Shown: positions 1 through 10,267, counted from the first letter of the stretch. The stretch is DNA of 64,000 bases from Candidatus Margulisiibacteriota bacterium (GCA_050250935.1 JBFWNS010000002.1:67130-131129); one strand, 5' to 3'. A program made the numbers and translations. Notes: generated from the letters alone by a model not told the origin.

Positions 1-1
1 C

Positions 2-556
2 GGGAATCACCAAACAAAACCCCGTCCAAGCCACCACATACAAAATGCTATTGAAGGGGGCCAACAAGTGTTTAAGGTCTTGATAGAAACTTTTGTCGCT
101 GATCTTTTTTCTGAACCCATGACCCGGGGCAAACAACAAAATAATCCCTGTAAACGCTTGGTTAAACTCGTCCCAAGTGACCTCGCAATGGCCCCTGGCA
201 GGATCGTTGAGAAACACCCCCGTTTTACAAAATCCCTCGACCACCAAAAAATGATTAAAATTCCAAAACACCACAAAAGGCAAGGGCAACTGAGCGAGTT
301 CTTCCAGATTCTCTTTTTTGATGGCTTTGGCATCCAACCCATAGGTATGGGCTGCGCGAATGATATTCGAGGCCTTACTGCCATCCCGAGAAACCCCACA
401 ACTTAAGCGCAGGGTTTCCAGCGATTGCTCGTGGCCATAATAGGCCAAAATGATGCCCAAGGCTGCGGCACCGCATTCCACAGCTTCCATTTGCAACAAC
501 AAGGGGGTTTCCGCCCGTTGATAGGTTTTGTCGAAAAGGCGGCGTAGTCCCCGCAT
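2..556 (-). CDS. NHLP/NHLM-type bacteriocin export ABC transporter, C39 peptidase/permease subunit (5' part; runs off the left edge)
   Basis: Not in the ORF track. Manual translation from ATG at 556: MRGLRRLFDKTYQRAETPLLLQMEAVECGAAALGIILAYYGHEQSLETLRLSCGVSRDGSKASNIIRAAHTYGL...VFWNFNHFLVVEG...LNDPARG. This has the C39 motifs QMEAVECG (catalytic Cys), HF and NDPA, followed by the first TM segment. The ATG overlaps the HlyD stop (TAATG). Confidence 0.93.
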   Translation of the reverse strand, partial: MRGLRRLFDKTYQRAETPLLLQMEAVECGAAALGIILAYYGHEQSLETLRLSCGVSRDGSKASNIIRAAHTYGLDAKAIKKENLEELAQLPLPFVVFWNFNHFLVVEGFCKTGVFLNDPARGHCEVTWDEFNQAFTGIILLFAPGHGFRKKISDKSFYQDLKHLLAPFNSILYVVAWTGFCLVIP

Positions 557-1791
557 TACTGGGTCAGCCGTTTCAAGTAGGGCAAGACCAATTCGATGGG
601 GCGAATTTCAGACGTAACCACATGGGCCTCGCACAGATTTCCACTTTTGATAATGGCATTGGGACCCCGAGACGAGGTCCAAGCAAACCCACTGGGGCTT
701 TTATCGTCGGTATTCAGTTGCACCAACACCTCGATCACGGGGCCTGATTGACTGACCCGTTGAATCAACTGATCGTTGTCGATGTAGAGTTTCATCGCCG
801 CAAGGGTGGCCGGGTATTTTGAAACGTAAAGAACCTTGGCCAAAATCATGCCATAGCTTTCTTTTTTATAGCCTGAAGGCGAAACAAAAACCGGCATCCC
901 TTCGGACAACTGATCCCCCATTTCTGCTGGCACAAACACAATGGCCTGCAGTCCAGAATGGGCTAATCTCAGGTTTTCGACGCTAACGATGGGGTCTCCA
1001 GCATGGACCAGTTGACCATGCTTAACTTTTACTTCGACAATTTGACCGGTTAAAAACGAATGCAACACCCCGCTGTTGGCCAATTCGTCTTGATAATGCT
1101 GCAAGGGCAAATGAAGTGCTTCCAATCGACGGGCCATATCCGCACGTTCCCACCCTTGATTTTCCAAAACATTGGGCCTTAACGTTAACAAGTGAATGGC
1201 CGACTTGAGCACCAGTTTTTGATCGACCAGGGCTATTTTTTCTTCGGTGAGTTCGTTGAGCAGCCTGGATGCGTTGGTCGAAGAAATCGTTTCGATGTGA
1301 TGAAGGCGATGGTTTAACCGTTCTATGCGCAATTCGACTGCATGCAAACGCTCTACCAAAATCTGGTCGATATTTTCGGTGGGTACTGCACCAAAAGAAT
1401 CCACCAAAACAAGGGCTTTTTGACGGCGAATCAACCGGTCTTGTTCTTCGCCAAGCTCGGATGCTTTTCTGGCAATATCCAAGGGTTGAATTTGGGCTAT
1501 TTTTTGGCGGCGGAAAATCATTTGCCCCACATCCACAAAAATATCACCCACAAATCCCTCTTGAGGAGCTTGAATATCAATAACCCCACCATGGCGAATT
1601 AAGACACCTTCGGCCTCCACTGTAATGGGAACTCGCCCAAAAACAGACCAAAGGGCCACCACAACAAATAAAACCGTCACCCCAACCAAAAAGACCCAGG
1701 TTTTCGCCGAAACCATGGGAATGGGACGATCGAGTTGCTCTGGAGACTGCAAATGCTCCAAAGCGGCTTTTCTGAAAAGGGGGGATTTCAT
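556..1791 (-). CDS. NHLP/NHLM bacteriocin system HlyD-family secretion (membrane fusion) protein
   Basis: Signature LFRKAALEHLQSPEQLD, one TM helix, a coiled coil, and C-terminal SGFAWTSSRGP...RPIELVLP. Start placed at MKSPLFRK (1791); the ORF track extends to 1851. Confidence 0.92.
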   Translation of the reverse strand: MKSPLFRKAALEHLQSPEQLDRPIPMVSAKTWVFLVGVTVLFVVVALWSVFGRVPITVEAEGVLIRHGGVIDIQAPQEGFVGDIFVDVGQMIFRRQKIAQIQPLDIARKASELGEEQDRLIRRQKALVLVDSFGAVPTENIDQILVERLHAVELRIERLNHRLHHIETISSTNASRLLNELTEEKIALVDQKLVLKSAIHLLTLRPNVLENQGWERADMARRLEALHLPLQHYQDELANSGVLHSFLTGQIVEVKVKHGQLVHAGDPIVSVENLRLAHSGLQAIVFVPAEMGDQLSEGMPVFVSPSGYKKESYGMILAKVLYVSKYPATLAAMKLYIDNDQLIQRVSQSGPVIEVLVQLNTDDKSPSGFAWTSSRGPNAIIKSGNLCEAHVVTSEIRPIELVLPYLKRLTQ

Positions 1792-1816
1792 ACCGGACAG
1801 AAGTCTACACCATTTT

Positions 1817-1951
1817 CTATGCCCAATCAAAATGGGTTTCTTCAACCCCACCCATAATCAAGTCCAATTCTTCGTCGGACAAATCGGATTTTCCGGACTT
1901 TTTCGGATCAAAATCGGGTTGAATATATTTGGGAACTGCTCGCTTAGCCAT
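1817..1951 (-). CDS. 44-aa double-glycine leader peptide precursor (RiPP/bacteriocin/pheromone-like)
   Basis: Manual translation MAKRAVPKYIQPDFDPKKSGKSDLSDEELDLIMGG|VEETHFDWA*. SD AGGAGA lies upstream. The LSDEELxxxxGG motif is a C39 cleavage site, and the gene is immediately upstream of the HlyD and C39-ABC genes. Confidence 0.88.
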   Translation of the reverse strand: MAKRAVPKYIQPDFDPKKSGKSDLSDEELDLIMGGVEETHFDWA

Positions 1952-2047
1952 CGTGATCTATCTCCTGGCTTGGACACCTGGTTTTTTTACCTTTTTCCCC
2001 CATTTCCAACGTTCTAAACATCGAAAATTTCTGATAGACTGAACCCC

Positions 2048-2740
2048 ATGGTGAACCGTTCGTTTTGGCTTGTGCTTTTGATCTTTTTATTGGGTGTTCC
2101 ATTGATGGCCAAAGACACCTTGTCTTTTTGTTTTTTTCCAAAACCTGTTCCCCTTTTAAGCCAACCCAGCCTATCTGCCCCCACGGTTTCGACGCTGAAT
2201 TTTGGAACTGGGGTCTATGTTCTATCCAAAAAAGGCGCATGGACTCAGGTTAAAACCAACGAGGGTACCGGATTTGTGTTGTCGGACTATCTGTTGCCCT
2301 GGCCACCCAAAGTGTCTTCAGAAACCTTCGACCTATATTTTCAGTTTTTGGAATCGTTGGGGTATCCAACCGAAGGCGTGCATTTGGCACCTCGCAGCAC
2401 CGGTCTTTATCGGGAACTTTTCCAGTATTCGCTGCCCAAACTTAGCTTTAATCAGGCATTATTATTGTTAGGCAATTTGGAAAACATCGACCCCGACTTG
2501 GTTGTTAAAACCTGGGACTGGGTTCGTTCTGCACAGACCTCGAGCACCCTGTATCTGAATTCCAAAGCCCCAATGATCAACCCCAAAAGACAGTCTTTGG
2601 AAGTTCGATTTGACCCCCAAGGGCACCCCCGCATGCTGATTTATTATCTGCGCAACGAAGGATTAAGCAAAATGACCTATGTGCATACCCAAGCCAACGG
2701 CACCTTGGGCTTAAACATTGAAACGGTGATCGATCAATGA
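2048..2740 (+). CDS. Exported protein with N-terminal SH3b-like domain
   Basis: Signal peptide, then an SH3b-like pattern (GTGVYVLSKKGAWTQVKTNEGTGFVLSDYL). Confidence 0.7.
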   Translation: MVNRSFWLVLLIFLLGVPLMAKDTLSFCFFPKPVPLLSQPSLSAPTVSTLNFGTGVYVLSKKGAWTQVKTNEGTGFVLSDYLLPWPPKVSSETFDLYFQFLESLGYPTEGVHLAPRSTGLYRELFQYSLPKLSFNQALLLLGNLENIDPDLVVKTWDWVRSAQTSSTLYLNSKAPMINPKRQSLEVRFDPQGHPRMLIYYLRNEGLSKMTYVHTQANGTLGLNIETVIDQ

Positions 2741-3426
2741 AAAATCTGGGATTTTTTGTGCTTTTTTTGATGCTGGTCTCCACCCCGCTTTGGGCTGAAA
2801 CAGCATATAATTTTTCGCCAAAACCGCTGCCCATTTTTAATTCAACGACGCTACCAAACCAGCAGATGGCTTGGCTGCTTCCAGGCAAAAGCATCTCGGT
2901 CAATGCCATTTTGGCGGTTCCAGAAAAAAATGGTCCTTCCACCAATATCAGCTATTGGGCAGTGGTGTCTGACAAACCCTTTCGGGCCCTGGACTGCGCC
3001 TTTTTATTGCCCATTCCGACCCGTCCAACAACGCTTTCGTTCTCTAACTATGCCCGGCTGCTGAACGAGCAAGGCATTCGCGCCTATACCCAAGAAATCA
3101 AAGAAGATCAGCAGCGGTTCACCCGAAGCATTCAGCGTCTCTATATCGATTCTGTCGGCATCGAAGAGGCTTTTGTGGTGGCCTTACAGGTCTTTGCCAT
3201 GCCCGATTTAACCTATCGGCGCTATTGGCCCCTGACACCCTCAGAAACGTTTCAGATTTTTCCCTTGAGCACGACAACCCGAATCGAAACGGCCCTTTTA
3301 CCCGATAAAGGACTTCAATCGATTGATTGGATTCAAACCTTGCCCAAGCAGCAAACCACCATCAGCGCAGCATACGACAATACCCGTCGACTCTTCATTG
3401 AAAAAATGGTTTTGACCTACCGCTAA
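2737..3426 (+). CDS. Exported hypothetical protein, apparent paralogue of 2048-2740
   Basis: Signal peptide (PLWA|E), ATGA overlap with the upstream gene, and shared FxPKPxP, LLPxP and PDL motifs. Confidence 0.65.
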   Translation: MKNLGFFVLFLMLVSTPLWAETAYNFSPKPLPIFNSTTLPNQQMAWLLPGKSISVNAILAVPEKNGPSTNISYWAVVSDKPFRALDCAFLLPIPTRPTTLSFSNYARLLNEQGIRAYTQEIKEDQQRFTRSIQRLYIDSVGIEEAFVVALQVFAMPDLTYRRYWPLTPSETFQIFPLSTTTRIETALLPDKGLQSIDWIQTLPKQQTTISAAYDNTRRLFIEKMVLTYR

Positions 3427-3440
3427 GCGACTTGTATACT
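3412..3440 (+). promoter_or_regulatory. sigma70-type promoter for tRNA-Asn
   Basis: TTGACC-17 nt-TATACT, ending 19 nt before the tRNA. Confidence 0.75.
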
Positions 3441-3459
3441 GTGGCCCTGTTTTACGCTT

Positions 3460-3534
3460 TCCCCTGTAGCTCAATGGCAGAGCAACCGGCTGTTAACCGG
3501 TAGGTTGTTGGTTCGAATCCATCCGGGGGAGCCA
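3460..3534 (+). tRNA. tRNA-Asn (GTT)
   Basis: Cloverleaf: acceptor TCCCCTG/CGGGGGA, D arm GCTC/GAGC, anticodon arm ACCGG-CTGTTAA-CCGGT, T loop TTCGAAT, encoded CCA. Confidence 0.97.
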
Positions 3535-3552
3535 CCTTTTTGGTCTATTTTT

Positions 3553-5136
3553 TTAGTATTCAGATGTTGAATGGAATTGAAGGTCGGGGTTTTCTTTGAT
3601 TTCCCGTTCCAAACTCCATTTGGTTTCGGCCAAGTACACCGGACGGTCTTTCACGTCTTGGGCAATTTGAGACCCTCTGGCTCGCATAAACTCTGTTAGT
3701 TTCGTGGCATTGTCGGATTCCAGCCAACAGGCCTTGATAAACGACAAGCCCTCGAACCGGCATTGGGCGCCATATTCGTGCTCCAATCGGTATTGAATAA
3801 CCTCGAACTGCAAGGCCCCAACGGTGCCCACAATTTTTCGGCCATCATGGGCACGGGTAAATACTTGGGCCACCCCTTCTTCGCAAAGCTGTTCCAAACC
3901 TTTGTGCAGCTGTTTGATTTTGAGGGGATTTAAATTCACCACATATTTAAACAGCTCCGGCGAAAAACTGGGAATGCCTTTGAACATCATGGCTTCGCCT
4001 TCGGTTAAGGTGTCGCCGATTTTGAAATTGCCGGTGTCGTGAAGGCCTATAATGTCGCCGGGGAAGGCCTCTTCGATGATGTTTTTATCCTGGGCCATAA
4101 ACGCTGTCGGATTGGAAAACCGCATTTGCTTGCCGAGGCGAACATGGGAATACCAGGTGTTGCGTAAAAATTTACCGCTACAAATGCGTAAAAATGCGAT
4201 GCGATCTCGGTGTTTGGGGTCGATATTGGCATGAATTTTGAAAATAAAACCAGTAAATTTGTTCTCGTTGGGCTCTACAAATCGGGTTGTGGTTTCCCTG
4301 GACCTTGGGTCTGGGGCAATATCGATAAAACAATCCAACAATTCCCTAACCCCAAAATTGTTCAAGGCACTGCCAAAAAACACAGGGGTAATGTCGCCGG
4401 CCCGATAAGCTTCGATGGAAAATTCGGGATAGACCCCGGTTACCAGGGCCACATCGTCTCGCAGTTTTTGCGCTTGGCTTCCCAATAACTCATCGAGTTT
4501 GGGGTCGCTTAAGTCTTTGATTTCGACGGTTTCTGGTGAATTTTGTTTGGCATGGGGTTTAAACAAAATCAGGCGCTTTTCATAGAAGCTATACACCCCT
4601 TTAAATTCTTTTCCCATGCCAATGGGCCAACTTAAGGGGCAAACGGTCATGCCCAGTTTTTCTTCGATTTCGTCCAGCAAATCGATGGGGTCTTTGCCTT
4701 CCCGGTCGAGCTTGTTCATGAAGGTCAGAATCGGGGTTTGGCGCATGCGACAGACTTCGAGCAATTTATAGGTTTGGGCTTCGACCCCCTTGGAAGAATC
4801 GATGACCATGATGGCACTGTCCACAGCCGTTAAAGTTCGGAAAGTGTCTTCGCAAAAATCTTGGTGACCCGGGGTATCCAACAAATTAATTTTGATGCCA
4901 CGGTATTCAAAACCCATAACAGACGTGGCCACGGAAATACCCCGTTGGCGCTCGATTTCCATAAAGTCCGAGGTTACACCTCTGGCATCGCGCTTGGCTT
5001 TGACCGCACCGGCTACCTGAATGGCACCACCAAACAACAACAATTTCTCGGTTAAGGTTGTTTTACCGGCATCGGGGTGACTGATAATCCCAAAGGTTCG
5101 GCGGCGTTTGATTTCCGATTCGATGCCCTGGCTCAT
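3553..5136 (-). CDS. prfC: Peptide chain release factor 3
   Basis: [35 protein letters not shown]; 527 aa. Confidence 0.97.
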   Translation of the reverse strand: MSQGIESEIKRRRTFGIISHPDAGKTTLTEKLLLFGGAIQVAGAVKAKRDARGVTSDFMEIERQRGISVATSVMGFEYRGIKINLLDTPGHQDFCEDTFRTLTAVDSAIMVIDSSKGVEAQTYKLLEVCRMRQTPILTFMNKLDREGKDPIDLLDEIEEKLGMTVCPLSWPIGMGKEFKGVYSFYEKRLILFKPHAKQNSPETVEIKDLSDPKLDELLGSQAQKLRDDVALVTGVYPEFSIEAYRAGDITPVFFGSALNNFGVRELLDCFIDIAPDPRSRETTTRFVEPNENKFTGFIFKIHANIDPKHRDRIAFLRICSGKFLRNTWYSHVRLGKQMRFSNPTAFMAQDKNIIEEAFPGDIIGLHDTGNFKIGDTLTEGEAMMFKGIPSFSPELFKYVVNLNPLKIKQLHKGLEQLCEEGVAQVFTRAHDGRKIVGTVGALQFEVIQYRLEHEYGAQCRFEGLSFIKACWLESDNATKLTEFMRARGSQIAQDVKDRPVYLAETKWSLEREIKENPDLQFHSTSEY

Positions 5137-5753
5137 GACTGCTCCGCCAACCAGGCCGCCAAATCCCCACGAACTTGGCCGCTGGTTTCGTAGACAATGC
5201 CATGCAAGCCATGGTTTTTGGCTTCAGCAATGTTTTCTTTTAAATCGTCGATAAAGACTGTGAATTCGGGATTCAAGTCATAGGTTTGGATCAAGGCCCG
5301 ATAAATGTCGGGCTCGGGCTTCATGCGGTTTACTTTGGCCGACACAATGGCGCCGGTTGCTTTTTGCATAAACGGATAGGCCTCAATCAATTTATCGAAA
5401 GGCTTGTCCTGAAAATTGGATAAAAAGTACAGCGGATACCCCAACTCGTGGAGCTCTAGAAACAGCTTATGGGTGTCTTCGATGGGTTCTAGGTGATACA
5501 CAAAGTCGTTCAAAATCCGGGAAAATCCGGCCCTTAAATCGGGATGGGCTTCACAAAGCCGATCGATGGCCTCGTCTTGGGAAAGATCGCCCCGGTCCAG
5601 ATCCTGCCACAGCTGATGGTAAAACAGACGCTGCAAAAAAATGTCGGCATGGGGCGTATCGGGAAGCAACTGGGACAAAATGTACTCGGGTCTATACCCA
5701 AACAGGACTTTTCCGATATCAAAAACTATGGCTTGGGTGGGTTGTGTAGACAT
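5133..5753 (-). CDS. HAD-superfamily phosphatase (YihX-like)
   Basis: [19 protein letters not shown] and FIDD motifs. Confidence 0.88.
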   Translation of the reverse strand: MSTQPTQAIVFDIGKVLFGYRPEYILSQLLPDTPHADIFLQRLFYHQLWQDLDRGDLSQDEAIDRLCEAHPDLRAGFSRILNDFVYHLEPIEDTHKLFLELHELGYPLYFLSNFQDKPFDKLIEAYPFMQKATGAIVSAKVNRMKPEPDIYRALIQTYDLNPEFTVFIDDLKENIAEAKNHGLHGIVYETSGQVRGDLAAWLAEQS

Positions 5754-5764
5754 ATTTAAATAAG

Positions 5765-5796
5765 AAAACCCAACCTGGGATCAGATTGGGTTTTTT
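5765..5796 (-). terminator. Rho-independent terminator after rpmB (possibly bidirectional)
   Basis: Minus strand AAAACCCAATCTG-ATCC-CAGGTTGGGTTTT hairpin with T-runs on both strands. Confidence 0.7.
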
Positions 5797-5821
5797 CCTT
5801 CAACACTTGGGAAATTAAAAA

Positions 5822-6013
5822 TTAGCTAACGACTTTTTTGGTGTAAGTGCGCAAACAAGACGTGCAAACTTTAACACGCTTTGCAATGCCAATCAGGTTC
5901 AATTTTAATGAATGCAGGTTGGGCAAAAAGCGGCGTTTGGTTCTGCGGTTGGAATGGCTCACGTTGTTGCCACTCAAAGGTCTTTTTCCACACATATCGC
6001 ATTGTCTTGACAT
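5822..6013 (-). CDS. rpmB: 50S ribosomal protein L28 (CxxC...CxxC form)
   Basis: [33 protein letters not shown]...VCTSCLR. Confidence 0.97.
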   Translation of the reverse strand: MSRQCDMCGKRPLSGNNVSHSNRRTKRRFLPNLHSLKLNLIGIAKRVKVCTSCLRTYTKKVVS

Positions 6014-6048
6014 GACTCAATCCTCTTTAAACAAATAGTAGACACCAA

Positions 6049-6077
6049 AATGTACTACACTGCATCCCGAAATACAA
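6049..6077 (-). promoter_or_regulatory. Putative sigma70 promoter of rpmB
   Basis: Minus strand TTGTAT-17 nt-TACATT. Confidence 0.5.
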
Positions 6078-6170
6078 GCCAAAAACATCCCCCTAGACCT
6101 TGTCCGTCCTGTGGCTTACACTACTCCAGACTTCTGAAGATCCACTTCCTTCACCAATAAGGAGAAATCG

Positions 6171-7520
6171 TTGTTTAAAAAAGTACTGATCGCCAACCGT
6201 TCCGAAATCGCGCTCCGAATTATTCGTGCTTGCAAAGAGCTGGGCATTAAATCGGTCGCAGTGTATTCCGAAGCGGACCAAGATTCGCTGCACGTCAAAA
6301 TGGCCGACGAAGCCATTTGCATTGGACCGGCCTCTCCTAAAGAAAGCTATTTGAACATCCCGGCCATTATTTCGGCTGCCGAATTGTCGGGTGCCCAAGC
6401 CATTCATCCCGGCTATGGTTTTTTGGCTGAAAATCCCTATTTTAGTGAAGTGTGCAAAGCCAATAACATCGTCTTTATTGGGGCTTCTGCTGAAAACATT
6501 CGCTTGATGGGCAACAAAAGCGAAGCCAAAAAGACCATGAGAAAGCTGAAAGTCCCCACGGTTCCAGGGTCTGAAGGCGTTATTTCAACCGAAAAAGAAT
6601 TGCTGGCCATCGCCAAAGAAACAGGCTATCCGCTAATGATTAAAGCCTCGGCTGGGGGCGGCGGAAAAGGGATGCGCATTGTTCGCGATTCCAGCCAATT
6701 AAAAGAAATGTACAATCTGGCGGTTAACGAAGCCCAATCCGCGTTTGGAAACGGCGATGTGTATGTTGAAAAATACATTGAAGAACCCCGCCACATTGAA
6801 ATTCAAATTTTGTCGGATAAACATGGCAATGCGGTTCACCTTGGCGAACGGGATTGTTCAATTCAGCGCCGTCACCAAAAATTGATCGAAGAATCGCCTT
6901 CCCCCATTTTGGATGAAAAACTCCGCAAAAAAATGGGTGATTCTGCCGTTACTGTGGCCAAGGCCTTGAAATATCAGGGTGCTGGGACCATCGAATTTTT
7001 GGTGGACAAACACAAAAATTATTATTTTATGGAGATGAACACCCGGATTCAGGTGGAACACCCCGTTACTGAAATGGTAACAAATGTGGATTTGGTCAAA
7101 GAACAGATTTTGATTGCCGCTACGGGTAAATTGTCCCTCAAACAAAAAGACATTGCCTTTCATGGCCACGCCATTGAACTTCGGATTAATGCCGAGGATT
7201 TTCGCCGAAACTTTGCGCCTTGTCCTGGCAAAATCGATTTGTATTTGCCAGCTGGCGGACCTGGCATTCGCATTGATAGCCACATGTATCCAGGTTATGT
7301 GGTCCCCCCCTATTACGACTCGCTGCTGGGCAAATTGATTATTTGGGGAAAAGACCGCGAAGAAGCCTTACAACGGGCCGAGCGGGCCATCGACGAATTT
7401 ATTTTGGATGGGGTTCCCACCACCCTGGCTTTCCACAATCTGGTAATTCAACATCCCCTCTTTCGGAAAGGCCAGTTTGATACCGGCTTTGTCGAAAAAA
7501 ATGTGATGTGTCACCTGTAA
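6171..7520 (+). CDS. accC: Acetyl-CoA carboxylase, biotin carboxylase subunit
   Basis: KKVLIANRSEIALRI, HPGYGFLAEN, GGGGKG, EMNTRIQVEHPVTE; TTG start after SD AAGGAG. Confidence 0.96.
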   Translation: MFKKVLIANRSEIALRIIRACKELGIKSVAVYSEADQDSLHVKMADEAICIGPASPKESYLNIPAIISAAELSGAQAIHPGYGFLAENPYFSEVCKANNIVFIGASAENIRLMGNKSEAKKTMRKLKVPTVPGSEGVISTEKELLAIAKETGYPLMIKASAGGGGKGMRIVRDSSQLKEMYNLAVNEAQSAFGNGDVYVEKYIEEPRHIEIQILSDKHGNAVHLGERDCSIQRRHQKLIEESPSPILDEKLRKKMGDSAVTVAKALKYQGAGTIEFLVDKHKNYYFMEMNTRIQVEHPVTEMVTNVDLVKEQILIAATGKLSLKQKDIAFHGHAIELRINAEDFRRNFAPCPGKIDLYLPAGGPGIRIDSHMYPGYVVPPYYDSLLGKLIIWGKDREEALQRAERAIDEFILDGVPTTLAFHNLVIQHPLFRKGQFDTGFVEKNVMCHL

Positions 7521-7928
7521 ATGGGAAAACGAAACACCGGACGTAAATTGGCCATGCAGGCCTTGTATCAAGCCGACATTCGCCAAGTGGATATGGCCGA
7601 TGTGACCCCTTTGTTTTTGGACGAATCTGGGTACATGGAAGAAACCAAAACCTGGGCCTTGGAACTGGCCCACTCGGCCTGGGCCTATCGCCACCAAGCC
7701 GACACCTTGATCCAGCAATTTTCTATTGGCTGGTCTTTGGATCGATTAAACCCCATCGACAAGGCCATTTTACGCCTGGCCTTTTACGAGATGATCGAGG
7801 TTAAAACCGACCCTAGAATTGTAATTGACGAAGCTTTGGAAATTGCAAAAAAATATTCAGAAGACGATTCTGCCCGATTCATCAATGGAATTTTAGGGCA
7901 GTACATCAAAGACGGAACCACGGCATAA
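7521..7928 (+). CDS. nusB: Transcription antitermination factor NusB
   Basis: GRKLAMQALYQ, WSLDRLNPIDKAILRLA, FINGILG. Confidence 0.95.
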   Translation: MGKRNTGRKLAMQALYQADIRQVDMADVTPLFLDESGYMEETKTWALELAHSAWAYRHQADTLIQQFSIGWSLDRLNPIDKAILRLAFYEMIEVKTDPRIVIDEALEIAKKYSEDDSARFINGILGQYIKDGTTA

Positions 7929-7933
7929 CCGCT

Positions 7934-8536
7934 ATGTTTACAGGCTTAATTCAAGGACTGGGGACCGTTCAGAGCGTTTCTGCAAACGGAAAAGGGCTTC
8001 GAGCCGTCATTGAGACCCCCCTTTCGGCCAAGTTGACCGAAGGCGACAGCATTGCTGTAAATGGGGTTTGTTCTACAGCGTTGGCCATTTCGAACACCGC
8101 TTTTTCAGTGGATTATTTACCAGAAACCTTGCTTAAAACCACCTTTGCTTCCCTTCAAGTCCAAGACAAACTGAATTTGGAATGTTGTTTGACCCTTCAA
8201 ACCCCGCTGGGTGGGCACTTGGTTTCGGGGCACATCGATTGCACCGGCAAGATTTTAAACGTTGAAACCACGGGGCCATTTGCCATCCTTACCGTGGCGT
8301 ATCCTGGCGAGTTCGCCCCTTTTTTGATTCCCAAAGGGTCCATTGGGATTGATGGCATTAGTTTGACGGTTGTCGAAGTGACCGACGATTATTTTACCTG
8401 TCATTTGATTCCCCACACCTTGGCTTCCACCAATCTTCACACCAAAAAGGTAGGGGATTCGGTTAATTTAGAATTTGATACTCTGGCAAAATATCTTTAT
8501 CGTTTTTATAATCTTCAAAAACCTGTTTCATCTTAA
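7934..8536 (+). CDS. ribE: Riboflavin synthase alpha chain (ribE; ribC in E. coli nomenclature)
   Basis: MFTGLI N-terminus, GDSIAVNGVC, GGHLVSGHID, KGSIGIDGISLTV. Confidence 0.95.
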   Translation: MFTGLIQGLGTVQSVSANGKGLRAVIETPLSAKLTEGDSIAVNGVCSTALAISNTAFSVDYLPETLLKTTFASLQVQDKLNLECCLTLQTPLGGHLVSGHIDCTGKILNVETTGPFAILTVAYPGEFAPFLIPKGSIGIDGISLTVVEVTDDYFTCHLIPHTLASTNLHTKKVGDSVNLEFDTLAKYLYRFYNLQKPVSS

Positions 8537-8566
8537 CCAGATGTGACACCAGAAAAGAAGGTCACC

Positions 8567-9778
8567 ATGAAATCACCATTCAGTTCCATTCAAGATGCCA
8601 TCGACGATATTGCCAATGGCAGAATGGTGGTCGTTGTCGACGACGAAAACCGCGAAAACGAAGGCGATTTGGTGATGGCCGCCCACTTTGCCACCCCCGA
8701 TGCCATCAATTTTATGATCAAGCATGGCAAAGGGCTGGTTTGTTTGCCAGTTACTGAAGATATTTTGGATCGCCTCGAACTTAAAGACATGGTCCAAGAC
8801 AACACAGAGGCCCTTAAAACAGCCTTTACCGTTTCCATCGATGCCGCCAAAAAACATGGGGTTTCGACTGGGATTTCGGCCGCAGATCGGGCCAAAACGA
8901 TTCAGTGGGTCATTAACCCCACCAGCACCAAAGAGGATATCGTGACCCCTGGGCATATTTTCCCGCTCAAAGCCCAAAAAATGGGGGTTTTAAAACGGGC
9001 TGGCCACACCGAAGCAGCTGTGGATTTGGCCAAAATGGCTGGTTTAGAGCCCGCTGGGGTTATTTGTGAAATTATCAACGAGGATGGATCTATGGCCCGT
9101 GTGCCCGATTTAATCGAGTTCGCCAAACACCATGGTCTCAAACTCATTACCATCAAAGATCTGATTCAATACCGCCTTAAAAAAGACCGTCTTATCTCGA
9201 AAATCGAAACCACCCGATTGCCCACAGCCTACGGGGAATTTACCTTGGTTTGTTACCACGATACGGTTAACGACAAATACCATGTGGCCATCACCAAAGG
9301 CGATATCGAAAAACAAAAACACGTTTTGGTTCGGGTTCATTCCGAATGTTTGACCGGCGATGTGTTTCAATCCCAACGCTGCGATTGTGGGGATCAGCTA
9401 CATGCCGCCATGTCCATGATCGAAAAAGAAGGATCTGGCATTATTTTGTATATGCGCCAAGAAGGCCGTGGCATTGGACTTCCCAATAAACTGCGGGCCT
9501 ATCGCCTTCAAGACGATTTGGGCTTGGACACGGTTGAAGCCAATATTCGCCTTGGCTTTCCCCCAGACCTTCGGGACTATGGGGTTGGGGCTCAGATTTT
9601 GTTGGATTTGGGGGTCAAAAGCCTGCGTTTGTTGACCAACAATCCCACCAAGTTGGTGGCCCTTGAAGGGTATGGCATCGAAATTCACGAGCGCGTTCCC
9701 ATCATTTGCAAGCCCAACGCCCACAACGCCAGCTATCTTAAAACCAAGTCAGAAAAAATGGGGCATATGCTCCCCTAG
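8567..9778 (+). CDS. ribBA: Bifunctional DHBP synthase / GTP cyclohydrolase II
   Basis: [42 protein letters not shown]. Start placed at ATG 8567. Confidence 0.96.
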   Translation: MKSPFSSIQDAIDDIANGRMVVVVDDENRENEGDLVMAAHFATPDAINFMIKHGKGLVCLPVTEDILDRLELKDMVQDNTEALKTAFTVSIDAAKKHGVSTGISAADRAKTIQWVINPTSTKEDIVTPGHIFPLKAQKMGVLKRAGHTEAAVDLAKMAGLEPAGVICEIINEDGSMARVPDLIEFAKHHGLKLITIKDLIQYRLKKDRLISKIETTRLPTAYGEFTLVCYHDTVNDKYHVAITKGDIEKQKHVLVRVHSECLTGDVFQSQRCDCGDQLHAAMSMIEKEGSGIILYMRQEGRGIGLPNKLRAYRLQDDLGLDTVEANIRLGFPPDLRDYGVGAQILLDLGVKSLRLLTNNPTKLVALEGYGIEIHERVPIICKPNAHNASYLKTKSEKMGHMLP

Positions 9779-9787
9779 GAGACCGTC

Positions 9788-10249
9788 ATGATTTACGAAG
9801 GCCATTCTCATATCGGTAATTTGCGGTTTGCCATTGTGGTTGCCCGATTCAACGATTTTATTACCAAATCCTTGCTGGAAGGGGCGTTGACCACCCTTAA
9901 AAACTACGGCGCATCCGAAGAAAACATCGATGTGGTTTGGGTGCCTGGGGCTTTCGAAATCCCTGTGGCCGCCAAAAAAATTCTGCTTTCCAAAAAACCC
10001 GATGCTGTTATTTGTTTAGGAGCTATCATTCGGGGCGAAACTGCTCATTTTGAGTATGTGGCTGGTGAAGCGGCAAGAGGGATTGCAGCCCTGGCTTTGG
10101 AAACCACAACCCCCGTTATTTTGGGGGTCTTGGCCACCAATACCATCGATCAAGCGTTGGACCGCTGCGGTTCTAAGGCCGGAAACAAGGGCATTGAAGC
10201 CGCCATGGCCGCTGTGGAAATGGCCACCTTATTGCGTAGTTTGTCCTAA
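9788..10249 (+). CDS. ribH: 6,7-dimethyl-8-ribityllumazine synthase
   Basis: ARFNDFIT, VPGAFEIP, IRGETAHFEYV, NKG. Confidence 0.96.
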   Translation: MIYEGHSHIGNLRFAIVVARFNDFITKSLLEGALTTLKNYGASEENIDVVWVPGAFEIPVAAKKILLSKKPDAVICLGAIIRGETAHFEYVAGEAARGIAALALETTTPVILGVLATNTIDQALDRCGSKAGNKGIEAAMAAVEMATLLRSLS

Positions 10250-10267
10250 CCCCTTACAATTTTTTCG

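Noticed and set aside
7..406. ORF-track entries 7..399 (-) and 68..406 (+)
   Set aside because: These are alternative frames of the real C39-ABC gene (2..556, -), which the track missed because it lacks a stop in the window.
3460..3552. tRNA-anchored genomic island or prophage
   Set aside because: No integrase, no phage genes and no duplicated tRNA 3' end noticed. The single U-U pair in the T stem is not enough to call a pseudo-tRNA.
6100..8566. FMN riboswitch for the rib genes
   Set aside because: There is no intergenic space before ribE and no RFN consensus is visible.
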